Source of the DNA: an uncultured virus (IMG/VR IMGVR_UViG_3300020042_013559)
Lineage: Duplodnaviria; Heunggongvirae; Uroviricota; Caudoviricetes
Strand: one strand, 5' to 3'
DNA: 64,000 nucleotides
IMG/VR virus record: IMGVR_UViG_3300020042_013559
The notes under the pieces were generated by a model. The model saw nothing but the letters and a program-made list of their open reading frames with translations, had not been told where the DNA came from and searched no databases. Shown one piece after another: positions 46,228-55,343 of the stretch (position 1 is the first letter of the stretch; the number at the start of each line of letters is the position of its first letter). A program made the position numbers and the translations under genes.

Positions 46228-48927
46228 ATGAGCAACGCACGTGATCTAGGAAATGCAGGCCGGGGAATTAATTTAGATAGTTTATCTAATACAATTCTGG
46301 GTCAGGATGCTCTAGCTTGCAACACCACAGGAAGCTGCAACACAGCTTTTGGAAATAATGCCCTCACTTGCAACACTTTCGGATTCAACAACATTGCTGT
46401 TGGGGGTAATGCTCTCCGTTGCAACACCACAGGAAGCTACAACATTGCTGTTGGAGTTAATGCCCTAGAGTTTAACACCAGCGGATGCGCTAACACTGCT
46501 GTTGGGGATGGTGCTCTCCGTTGCAACCTCAGAGGATACGACAACGTTGCTTTTGGAGTCGATGCTCTCGAGTGCAACACTGATGGATACTACAACACTG
46601 CTATTGGAATCAATACACTCAGGCAAAACACCACAGGAACATGTAACACTGCTGTTGGATTTAATGCCCTTCGTTGCAACACCACAGGAGCTGCCAACAC
46701 TGCTATTGGATATAATGCTCTTCTTTACAACACCACAGGATGCAGTAACACTGCTGTTGGGGATGATGCCCTCCGTTGCAACACCATAGGAAAGGAAAAT
46801 ACTTCTATTGGAGTTAATTCCCTCATTTACAACACCACAGGATGCAGTAACACTGCTGTTGGAGTTGCTGTTCTTGCTTGCAACACCGTTGGATCTCAAA
46901 ACACTGCTGTTGGATATACCGCTCTCTCTTACAACACCACAGGATGCAGTAACACTGCTGTTGGAGTTTTTGCCCTCTATTGCAACGACACAGGAAGAGA
47001 CAACACTGCTGTTGGAACTAATGCCCTTCTTAACAACACGACAGGCTTTCGAAATACAGCTTTTGGAACCAATAGTTTGTATGATAACACCGCAGGAAAG
47101 TGCAACACTGCTCTTGGATATACCGCTCTCTCTAACAACACCTTGGGGGATTTAAACACTGCCGTTGGAGATAGTGCCCTCTGTAACAACACCACAGGAT
47201 GCAGTAACACTGCTGTTGGAGTTCAAGCCCTCTTTTGCAACACCACTGGTAGATGGAACACTGCAGTAGGAGCCAATGCCCTTTGCGGAAATACCATTGG
47301 AACCGATAATGTGGCAGTTGGATATAATGCTTTACTTTGCAACACTACGGGATACCAAAATGTTGCTGTTGGAAGCGGCGCTCTATGCTCAAACACATCT
47401 GGTTATGATAATGTGGCGGTTGGAACAAATGCCATGTTTAATAATACGAATGGTTATTATAATGTTGCGGTTGGAAGGTGTGCTTTGGGAAAGAATATTG
47501 ATGGTGGCTACAATACCGCTATTGGAACTTTTGCCCTCCTGTGCAATACAACCGGCGGAGGCAATAACGTTGCATTCGGATATGGTGCTCTATGTCTTAA
47601 TCAAGCAGGATGTTATAACGTAGCTGTTGGAACCAGTTCTCTTGCCAGAAACACCTTTGGATGCAGAAACGTGGCAGTTGGTGAAGGAGCATTGCAATGC
47701 AACACCACCGGGGATTCTAATATTGCTATAGGGACGTGTGCTGCATCCTGCAACGATACAGGTTTTAGCAATGTTGCAATTGGGCTTAATTCCATGTTTT
47801 GCAACACGACAGGATTCCAAAACACGGCTGTTGGAAATGCTTCTTTACAGAGAAATAGCATAGGAGTTTCAAATGCTGCTTTTGGAGCTAATGCCCTCAC
47901 TTGCAACACCACAGGAAACAGCAACACTGCTCTAGGAACTGGTGCCCTCACTTGCAACACTATAGGATGTACTCTCGTTGCTGTTGGAGCTAATGCCAAT
48001 CAATGCAACATCACCGGAAATAATAATGTTTCTGTTGGAGTTAATTCCCTCTATCGCAGTACCACAGGAAGTAACAACACTGCTGTTGGAACGAGTGCTT
48101 TTTCTGGTAATGTGAATTACATCAATAGTAGTGCTTTTGGTTACGACGCACAACCTACAAACAGCAATCAAATTAATTTAGGAGGGTTAGATGGTTCCTC
48201 CAACCTTCCAGCAGTTCGAGGTGGAACATATACCACCGTATCAGATTGCCGGGATAAAGCAGATATTCGTCCCACAGTTCTTGGATTGGAATTTGTCAAC
48301 AAAGTGCAGCCCGTAGATTATAAATGGGATATGCGAGCTGCTTATTATGTTGATGAAACTTATGTTGAAGATGAAGAATATACTGATTATGAAATCAGTT
48401 ATCAAACTGAAGAATATGTTGAAAAAGAAAATCAAATCATTAGTTATAAAGATGTAGAATATGTTGAAAAAGAAAATCAAATTATCGGTTATAATGATAA
48501 AGATTTTGGAGACGGTGTAACGTTTAAAGAACCTGTATTTGGTTTAGTTGATGTGACCCGTACTCGTCAAGAACCTGTTTATGGTTTGGTGGATGTTACC
48601 CGCACCCGTCAAAAACAAATTCGCACTCCTGTTACCAAAACACGGCAAGTGGAACGCACCCGACGTGTGTCAGTTCCAAAAGATGGTAGCAAAAAACGCA
48701 ACCGTTATCATCATGGTGTAATTGCTCAACAAATCAAACAGGTTATTGATCAAACCGGAGTTGATTTTGCCGGTTATCATGATGATAGTTTTACCGGAGG
48801 GGGCGACATTATAGCAGTTGGTTATAGTGAATTTATCGCTCCTCTTATCAAATCAGTACAGGAATTGCATGAATTGATCAAGCAAAACACCACTTTGATA
48901 AATGAACTTAGCAGCAAGATAAGCTAG
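46228..48927 (+). CDS. Trimeric tail fibre/adhesin with 14-17-aa NTAVG..AL.CNTTG repeats and a C-terminal peptidase S74 intramolecular chaperone
   Basis: Roughly 40 repeats; SD.RDK.DI...LGL.FV....PV.YKW; HHG.IAQ; Y.EFIAPLIKSVQEL. Confidence 0.88.
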   Translation: MSNARDLGNAGRGINLDSLSNTILGQDALACNTTGSCNTAFGNNALTCNTFGFNNIAVGGNALRCNTTGSYNIAVGVNALEFNTSGCANTAVGDGALRCNLRGYDNVAFGVDALECNTDGYYNTAIGINTLRQNTTGTCNTAVGFNALRCNTTGAANTAIGYNALLYNTTGCSNTAVGDDALRCNTIGKENTSIGVNSLIYNTTGCSNTAVGVAVLACNTVGSQNTAVGYTALSYNTTGCSNTAVGVFALYCNDTGRDNTAVGTNALLNNTTGFRNTAFGTNSLYDNTAGKCNTALGYTALSNNTLGDLNTAVGDSALCNNTTGCSNTAVGVQALFCNTTGRWNTAVGANALCGNTIGTDNVAVGYNALLCNTTGYQNVAVGSGALCSNTSGYDNVAVGTNAMFNNTNGYYNVAVGRCALGKNIDGGYNTAIGTFALLCNTTGGGNNVAFGYGALCLNQAGCYNVAVGTSSLARNTFGCRNVAVGEGALQCNTTGDSNIAIGTCAASCNDTGFSNVAIGLNSMFCNTTGFQNTAVGNASLQRNSIGVSNAAFGANALTCNTTGNSNTALGTGALTCNTIGCTLVAVGANANQCNITGNNNVSVGVNSLYRSTTGSNNTAVGTSAFSGNVNYINSSAFGYDAQPTNSNQINLGGLDGSSNLPAVRGGTYTTVSDCRDKADIRPTVLGLEFVNKVQPVDYKWDMRAAYYVDETYVEDEEYTDYEISYQTEEYVEKENQIISYKDVEYVEKENQIIGYNDKDFGDGVTFKEPVFGLVDVTRTRQEPVYGLVDVTRTRQKQIRTPVTKTRQVERTRRVSVPKDGSKKRNRYHHGVIAQQIKQVIDQTGVDFAGYHDDSFTGGGDIIAVGYSEFIAPLIKSVQELHELIKQNTTLINELSSKIS

Positions 48928-48961
48928 GTTGATAATATATAAAATCTGATATAATAGCCTG

Positions 48962-49927
48962 GTGATTGATGTTCATTCGCTTCTTGCCAATCATTTGGCA
49001 AAATTAACTTACAACAAGTATAATCAAACATATACAGCATGTTGTCCCATATGCCGCGAAGGTGATTCTTGGCTGAAAAAGAAGCGTTTTTATTTTTATA
49101 ATAAAACCAACAGCTGTTATTGTTTCAATTGTGGTTACAGCGCAAAATTATATAAATTATATTATGATTTGACTGGTAAAATGATGGGTAAACAGGGTTT
49201 TGAAAGTCCCAGATTCATTGAGGAAAAAGAAGCTCCCACTCCTGAAATACTTCCAAAAGACAGCATTAACATTTTTGAAAGCACCCAACTTTACAAAAAC
49301 ATGCATAATCCCATTTTTAAAAAAGCCATACAATATGTGTGTGACCGACGATTGCATTCCAGCATAAACCGACCCAAAACATTCTGGTTCAGTTCAGTTG
49401 ATTTTATCCATAAAAACAGATTGATCATACCTTTTTATGATTTGGACGATAAAATAGCTTATTATCAAAGTCGTAAACTGCCAGGAGATACTAGCGATTT
49501 GCCCAATTATCTGAGCAAAAGCGGTGGTGAAAGAAGTCTTTTCAACATCAATCGGGTGAACGAACAACCCTACGTTTTCATATTTGAAGGTCCTTTAGAT
49601 GCATGTTTCATTCATAACGGAGTGGCCGTGAGCGGAATCAATAAAAGCCGAAACAGTCTTACTGACAAACAAAAAGAGCAACTCAGCAACTTTCCTCTGC
49701 ATCAAAAAATATGGGTACTAGACAATCAAAACAAGGATACTACAGCCCGGGAAAAGATGAAGCAGATCATTGAAACTGGTCAGAAAGTGTTTGTTTGGCC
49801 CAAAAATATAATTTATAAAGATTTTAATGAAATGTGCATGGGATTGAAACAAAACAAAGTGGATGTGAATTTTGTTTTACAAAACACTTTTCAAGGACAT
49901 AAAGCCCGGGCAAAAATGATGATATGA
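48962..49927 (+). CDS. DNA primase (T4 gp61-like)
   Basis: CPIC..G.S...K...CFNCG zinc finger; RLIIPF; IFEGPLD; LDN...D; KDFNE. Confidence 0.88.
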   Translation: MIDVHSLLANHLAKLTYNKYNQTYTACCPICREGDSWLKKKRFYFYNKTNSCYCFNCGYSAKLYKLYYDLTGKMMGKQGFESPRFIEEKEAPTPEILPKDSINIFESTQLYKNMHNPIFKKAIQYVCDRRLHSSINRPKTFWFSSVDFIHKNRLIIPFYDLDDKIAYYQSRKLPGDTSDLPNYLSKSGGERSLFNINRVNEQPYVFIFEGPLDACFIHNGVAVSGINKSRNSLTDKQKEQLSNFPLHQKIWVLDNQNKDTTAREKMKQIIETGQKVFVWPKNIIYKDFNEMCMGLKQNKVDVNFVLQNTFQGHKARAKMMI

Positions 49928-50353
49928 TTATTTTTCGCTCTTGCTGGCGATAAGATATGCTTTTAGACGTTCGCTAAGACCACTCAATTCAACGCAAACA
50001 CGAGCAATCTTTTTAGTTTCACTCTTGGCAACTTTTTCAAAAAGCGTGTCGCAAGGAGCCATATGCAACTGAGTTTGAACTGAATTAATGTCGGGACTGT
50101 TTAGATATTCCAGAAATTTATCAATGTTTCTTACCCATGTTTGCAGTTCAATGGCTTGAGCAGAATTGGTTTGACGACTGGCCATTTGCTCCCGGGTAAC
50201 TGCTTTAACATCAAATTCTTGAGGAACTGTGCCTTTATCCAATTCAGCTTCCATACTGGTCCTGTCTTCTGAAGGTTGAACAGCAGGAGCTTCCAGTTCA
50301 GGTTTGTCCTGTTCTTTTATAATATTTGAAAATAATTTGTTAAATATGGCCAT
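49928..50353 (-). CDS. Late hypothetical (putative head-associated) protein
   Basis: TAAATA upstream; F.KLF..II.E leader. Confidence 0.6.
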   Translation of the reverse strand: MAIFNKLFSNIIKEQDKPELEAPAVQPSEDRTSMEAELDKGTVPQEFDVKAVTREQMASRQTNSAQAIELQTWVRNIDKFLEYLNSPDINSVQTQLHMAPCDTLFEKVAKSETKKIARVCVELSGLSERLKAYLIASKSEK

Positions 50354-50387
50354 ATTATTATTTATTATAAAGGTAAATAAAATATAT

Positions 50388-50747
50388 ATGTTTAATGAAG
50401 ATAGCCAGATGATTTATAATCGCTGGGTTAGTGGCATAGCCAGTCGGGAGCTTAAGGGTCAAACACTTACAGTTGATGATTTAATTCAAAAATACTCACC
50501 TCAAGGAAGCACACTGGCTCCTAAAAATCTTCCTTATCCTCTGGACAAGATTTTTGAAAGTTTGGCAGATAATTTTGTAAAATTAAGCAACAGCAAGATG
50601 ATATGTGAAATGAGCAAGAATAACCCTCTTATTGGCAACAAGAAAGAGAAATTGCATCAATTGGAACAGGTTATCGACAAGATCAATCAGGCACAAAAGA
50701 TACTTGAAGAAACTGTAACCCCTCTAAATAAGATTTTAGAGGGTTAA
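50388..50747 (+). CDS. Late hypothetical protein
   Basis: TAAATA upstream. Confidence 0.6.
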   Translation: MFNEDSQMIYNRWVSGIASRELKGQTLTVDDLIQKYSPQGSTLAPKNLPYPLDKIFESLADNFVKLSNSKMICEMSKNNPLIGNKKEKLHQLEQVIDKINQAQKILEETVTPLNKILEG

Positions 50748-50748
50748 A

Positions 50749-51165
50749 ATGCTATTCAGAACAATATTATTCGTTAGTCTTCCTTTGACCAGTATTGGAA
50801 TTTTATATTCCCTTAATGTAAGGAATTTTTGGACATATTTTTTCACATCTTGTTTCACAGTGGGACTGCAGTATGCCATCGATTTTGCTTTTCATAAGTT
50901 TGCCATAGTAAGATATGGTTTGCGTATCAAGGAAACTAATTTGCAGATTGAAAAAGAGTATAATAAACGAGGAGTAGAACTGACCTGTCCTTGTGCAGAG
51001 AAAAGCAAATGCTTTGTGCCAATTGATCTGAATCAAGGAACCAGCTACAAATGCCTTCAATGTGACAAACAAATATCAGTTTATGTCAAATTGGGCACTG
51101 CCCTTGAAACTGAACCAGTGGTGGTGCAATCTTTGGAAGCTCTGCCCCTAAATCTGAATGAGTAA
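50749..51165 (+). CDS. Two-TM protein with C-terminal Zn-ribbon
   Basis: Hydrophobic N-terminus; CPC and C..C motifs. Confidence 0.6.
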   Translation: MLFRTILFVSLPLTSIGILYSLNVRNFWTYFFTSCFTVGLQYAIDFAFHKFAIVRYGLRIKETNLQIEKEYNKRGVELTCPCAEKSKCFVPIDLNQGTSYKCLQCDKQISVYVKLGTALETEPVVVQSLEALPLNLNE

Positions 51166-51595
51166 TTTATTATATCAAATCGCAAAAAGTGTTAATAGCA
51201 CAGCAGTTGTGCCTGTTTCCACTGTAAAAAATGAAAATTGGGCACAGGAATTTGATCAGGAACTGAGTGAATTTTTTGTTAAAAAAGGTCCAGAATATTA
51301 TAATTTATATAAATTATTTCGAACCAAAAAGAAAAATTTAAATGATAGTGAACGCATCATTTTGGATATTTTTGAAGAAATTTTTCAGGAATATAAAAAG
51401 TTAAGCATAAAAAATCCAGAAGGTATAGACCGAAAAAGTTTCGTGGTGCATAAAATTTATGAATCTGTCAATGCAGCATTCAGCATCATGACTGAATTGA
51501 AGATTAAACTTGACGTTCCTCTGCTTTTCTGTATTTTGGCTGCATATGTTCAACAATACATCCACGATCAAAACACAAACCGAAGACAACAATAA
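51158..51595 (+). CDS. Hypothetical protein
   Basis: ORF track. Confidence 0.55.
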   Translation: MSNLLYQIAKSVNSTAVVPVSTVKNENWAQEFDQELSEFFVKKGPEYYNLYKLFRTKKKNLNDSERIILDIFEEIFQEYKKLSIKNPEGIDRKSFVVHKIYESVNAAFSIMTELKIKLDVPLLFCILAAYVQQYIHDQNTNRRQQ

Positions 51596-52217
51596 TCAAA
51601 AAGTAATTTTATCCATCCCGATCAATAATAAAAATTCAAAGATCGAGATGAGCGCTGATGAATGGCGAAACATAAGCGACAAAGTTGCTCGCAATTTAAA
51701 AAATCCTCATCTTGAAAAGATGAAAGAAAACATTTCCATGGACATGATGTTTTATGGTCGCAGAGCAAAGCTGAATGTTTCTGAAAAGGAATTAAAAAGT
51801 TTATGTGAAATTATTATGGAATTGAGCGATGATAATCCCAAAAAGATTTCTGATAATGTAGTGATGGAAATGAATCATCAAAACCGTCCGGCCCGTGTTG
51901 AAATGAGCAAAAGCGAGATGGCTCGTTGGCTTTGTTTGGTGGAAAGTATTGATCTTATTGAAAAGAAATGCAGCGAATTCAATGTGAACATGTCAGATGA
52001 TTTTTGGATACAACCGATTGCTATTCAGAAATATATGGATAGTCGTTTTGAAACAATGTTGGATGAAGTGAATCATCACGAATTTGGAATTGATACTAAA
52101 AAAGCAAATTTGGATATTTTGAAAAGAAAGAAATATCAGGAAGATGCGTCTGAAAAAGAAGATGAAGAAGCTGATTTACCTGAAATTCAATTGAATCAAT
52201 TATCTCGCACATCATAA
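51510..52217 (+). CDS. Hypothetical protein (start uncertain)
   Basis: ORF track; internally repeated MS..E module. Confidence 0.55.
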   Translation: MTFLCFSVFWLHMFNNTSTIKTQTEDNNNQKVILSIPINNKNSKIEMSADEWRNISDKVARNLKNPHLEKMKENISMDMMFYGRRAKLNVSEKELKSLCEIIMELSDDNPKKISDNVVMEMNHQNRPARVEMSKSEMARWLCLVESIDLIEKKCSEFNVNMSDDFWIQPIAIQKYMDSRFETMLDEVNHHEFGIDTKKANLDILKRKKYQEDASEKEDEEADLPEIQLNQLSRTS

Positions 52218-52963
52218 GTTCCATACACTTCATCTTGTCCAGAACCTTCATAATTAAAAACAAATCTATTAACAATTTGAGGAGCACTGCTTTGAACATT
52301 TTCTGACCGAGGATTGGTCGGTACGTTTCCACTTACAGTTGCACTGAGTGTGCCATAACCAGTGTTGTCCATGACTTGTTGATTGCCTTTTTCATTGGGC
52401 AGATTCACTTCTTGTGAATAATCAAATCTCTTCATTTTGAGCAACCATACATAATGTCCGGCCAATGCATTGATTTTGCTGTTTTCACTATCCAGTCTTT
52501 GGGTTATTTCAAACAATTTTCCATCCCGATCTCCTGGTCTGTCATTTCCATACTCCAGAAGTTTAACAACGTCACCGCTTTTAGGTTCCTGATTTTGACC
52601 AAAAACACTATAAAAGCTGCTGATATGAACAAATGCAGTAATATAATCCTGACCATCAAATCCGAATTTATTTAAAGTAAGATTGTCTTCATCTAGTGTG
52701 ATGGCCATCACAATCTGCTTGGGAGTGGGCCAGCTTGTGATTGGATCTTCACCATAAATGTTGTCGGCACTCAATGTGCTGTATGGATTTTGCCAATAAT
52801 TTATCTTTTGACCATAAAGATCTATCTGTTCCCGCCAATAGTTGCCGATCACATCCCGTTCACATTCATTGTTTTCTTTGTCAGTAAAACGCAGAACACT
52901 GGCTGTGTAATTGAAAGGATACACAGAAACACAACCTGGTCCCAAATATCGATCAACGCTCAT
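52196..52963 (-). CDS. Neck/head-closure protein (T4 gp14-like)
   Basis: E.I.LYG....Y; .D.IYGED; .NKFG; EP..GD.; FEI; F.YS.E. Confidence 0.7.
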   Translation of the reverse strand: MSVDRYLGPGCVSVYPFNYTASVLRFTDKENNECERDVIGNYWREQIDLYGQKINYWQNPYSTLSADNIYGEDPITSWPTPKQIVMAITLDEDNLTLNKFGFDGQDYITAFVHISSFYSVFGQNQEPKSGDVVKLLEYGNDRPGDRDGKLFEITQRLDSENSKINALAGHYVWLLKMKRFDYSQEVNLPNEKGNQQVMDNTGYGTLSATVSGNVPTNPRSENVQSSAPQIVNRFVFNYEGSGQDEVYGTYDVRDN

Positions 52964-54033
52964 TCACTCTCCAATACATATATATTATTTTGTTTTCTTA
53001 TACTTACAGATGAACGACCAAGCTTGACTGGTTTTTCACTTAAATTCACATTGTAAAAAGTTGCAATTTGCATGGCCCGGGGTTCGCTGATTATTCTTCT
53101 TCCTTTGCTTTTTTTCAAAACACCAACTTCAGCAAATGTGTCGGTATTTTGATGCATGAGCGGAACTGTTCGAGAATGTTTACGCAATCCAGGATCCCGT
53201 ATAAAAGGTTTTTGATGACGGGCTCCCCGTTTCTTTTTGTCAAACATTTGAGATGTTTGACTTTTTGTTCCTATCAAATCACTCACAAAAAGATTAGGAA
53301 TACCGCTGTTCCATGTTTGTTCTGTGTAAATTTTATCATAAGATTCATTTTTCAAATCGTTTAGTTTATCCAGGTAACCAGCATCCCTTAATTTTTTGAA
53401 AACAAGATTTTCAATGCAAAAATCAAATATGGTGCTTTTATCTGTCATACATTCTTTTCTGGAATCTGCCAATTTTTCTCTTATTTTTTTAGCCCGGTTA
53501 TGAATTTGGCGGAAAATGATACGGCAATCACTTTTACGGAAAAGATCAATCAGTGAATCAATTTCATTTTTAAAATGATCATATTTTTTCAATACATTTT
53601 GCTCATCAATTTCCGGTGGATTATATGAAGCTTTTTGAAGCCATTTGTTTTTTAAAAGACTATAAACAGGTTTGGTGGCATATGGTTTTACTGATGTATC
53701 TTCAATGTATATTTCAATAGGATGATCCTTTAAAACGATATCATGGCTCAAATTCCATTTATATTTTTCTGCATCAAAAAGCTGTTTGACCAATTCAGGT
53801 TTGGCTTTTACTTTGCTGAAATCTATTTTCAAATGCAGATCAATATCACTCTTGTTTGTATATGTGTAATTGGTTAAGGAACCTGTAAATTCAATATCTT
53901 CCAATGGTGCATTTGTTTTTAAACTACGATAAAACTCCAATGCAATATCAACAAGCTTGGAAGATACTTCTTTATTTAAATGGAAATCTTTCCAAAATTT
54001 TTTATTTAGCTTGGAATGGTATTCAAATGCCAT
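52960..54033 (-). CDS. Pol-beta superfamily nucleotidyltransferase
   Basis: TGS..NY....SDIDLH; IEIY; ENLVFK.LR; TAAATA upstream. Confidence 0.75.
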   Translation of the reverse strand: MAFEYHSKLNKKFWKDFHLNKEVSSKLVDIALEFYRSLKTNAPLEDIEFTGSLTNYTYTNKSDIDLHLKIDFSKVKAKPELVKQLFDAEKYKWNLSHDIVLKDHPIEIYIEDTSVKPYATKPVYSLLKNKWLQKASYNPPEIDEQNVLKKYDHFKNEIDSLIDLFRKSDCRIIFRQIHNRAKKIREKLADSRKECMTDKSTIFDFCIENLVFKKLRDAGYLDKLNDLKNESYDKIYTEQTWNSGIPNLFVSDLIGTKSQTSQMFDKKKRGARHQKPFIRDPGLRKHSRTVPLMHQNTDTFAEVGVLKKSKGRRIISEPRAMQIATFYNVNLSEKPVKLGRSSVSIRKQNNIYVLESE

Positions 54034-54046
54034 ATAGTTATTTAGT

Positions 54047-54082
54047 CAAAAAAAAACCCCCGTTGATTAGACGGGGGTTTTT
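54047..54082. terminator. Intrinsic terminator
   Basis: A-tract, CCCCCGT/ACGGGGG stem, T-tract. Confidence 0.8.
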
Positions 54083-54097
54083 TATTATATATTTTTA

Positions 54098-54715
54098 TCA
54101 GTTGGCTTGGAACAGGTCTTGATCACCTTTTCCGCCACCCTTGATCACTCCAGGAACGACGTTGGCTTTTCCTTTTGTGCTTGTGGGTGCACCACCTTTG
54201 ACTCCAGATCCAACAAGAGCGTGGCCCCGTTCGCCTTCGGTTCCAACCTTGTCAGTTACTTTGGAATCACCACCCTTGCCGTTTTTGGCAAGACTGGTCA
54301 ATGTGCTAGCAACTTTGTTGCTGCCGGAAGAAACTTTTGATAGTTCTTGACCTTTTTTGGCATTAACAAGAGCATGACCGAGATCTTCTGCTTCGATCTC
54401 TTCAGTAGCAATTTCTTCATCTTCATCTTCGCTTTCATCATCGCTCTCTTCAGCGTCTTCATCTGAAGATGACATTTCATAATCTTCATCAGATGCAGAT
54501 TCATCACCACCGACATCATCGGGGATAAGATCAAGGCTTTGAAGCTTTTGCAAAAGTTCAATTGCTTTGGCGAGATGCTCTTTAGGAGTCAGCTCTGTTT
54601 CTTCACTAGTGGCTGCCGGGGCGACATCGGCGGTGCCGGGTTGAGCGCCAGTGATACCAAGTTCAACGTCGTCCTCGGACATCACAGCTTCATATAGTTT
54701 GTCGAAGTTACTCAT
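54098..54715 (-). CDS. Acidic late protein (possible prohead core/internal protein)
   Basis: MSNFDKLYEAVMSE leader; D/E tract; TAAATA upstream. Confidence 0.6.
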   Translation of the reverse strand: MSNFDKLYEAVMSEDDVELGITGAQPGTADVAPAATSEETELTPKEHLAKAIELLQKLQSLDLIPDDVGGDESASDEDYEMSSSDEDAEESDDESEDEDEEIATEEIEAEDLGHALVNAKKGQELSKVSSGSNKVASTLTSLAKNGKGGDSKVTDKVGTEGERGHALVGSGVKGGAPTSTKGKANVVPGVIKGGGKGDQDLFQAN

Positions 54716-54720
54716 ATAGA

Positions 54721-55326
54721 TTATTTACTGTTATCCTTTCTATTTTTTGTACTTTTATTTACAAAACTGAAAAATTCTTCAAGTGCTTCTGTATGACCAT
54801 TGACTGCAGCCACCGTCAACAAATTCACAAAGTTTCTTTTACCCCATATTGTCTTATATTCACTAAGACGTGTAAAAGCTTCATGCTTATCATCTTTTAC
54901 AAGCTCATTTATGATCAAATTGACATTTTTTGTGTTAATAACACTTTCGTTGGCGCTACTGAGTTGTTCTGGTTGAAAATAGTTGTCTTTTTTAAATTTT
55001 TTCTCTTTAACATCAATAGGTTCAGCCAATTGTTCAGTATCAGGACCACTGTCCTTATGAGCAAAATCTTTTAGTTTGGGTTCAGAAACTATTTTCTTAT
55101 CTTTAACCAATTCAAAAGCTTGCACTCCACCTTTTCCTGGTTTTGTGCCGAATTTGGCTTTAGGATCAGTTGTTTTCTTGCTTTTCTTTTCTAAAACTAC
55201 TTCATCTTGTTGATGTGCAGCATTTTCCAGAAGCATTTTATGATAAACTGCTCCAATGTCCAATAATGTGTTTGCGTTACTTTTAGGCATACCGTATTTC
55301 TTAATATATTTACTCTTTTGGTTCAT
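54721..55326 (-). CDS. Late hypothetical protein
   Basis: TATAAATA upstream. Confidence 0.6.
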   Translation of the reverse strand: MNQKSKYIKKYGMPKSNANTLLDIGAVYHKMLLENAAHQQDEVVLEKKSKKTTDPKAKFGTKPGKGGVQAFELVKDKKIVSEPKLKDFAHKDSGPDTEQLAEPIDVKEKKFKKDNYFQPEQLSSANESVINTKNVNLIINELVKDDKHEAFTRLSEYKTIWGKRNFVNLLTVAAVNGHTEALEEFFSFVNKSTKNRKDNSK

Positions 55327-55343
55327 ACGTTAAGTATTTATAC

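Noticed and set aside
46228..48927. Diversity-generating retroelement target
   Set aside because: No reverse transcriptase and no adenine-specific TR/VR pair; the repeats are ordinary coding tandem repeats.
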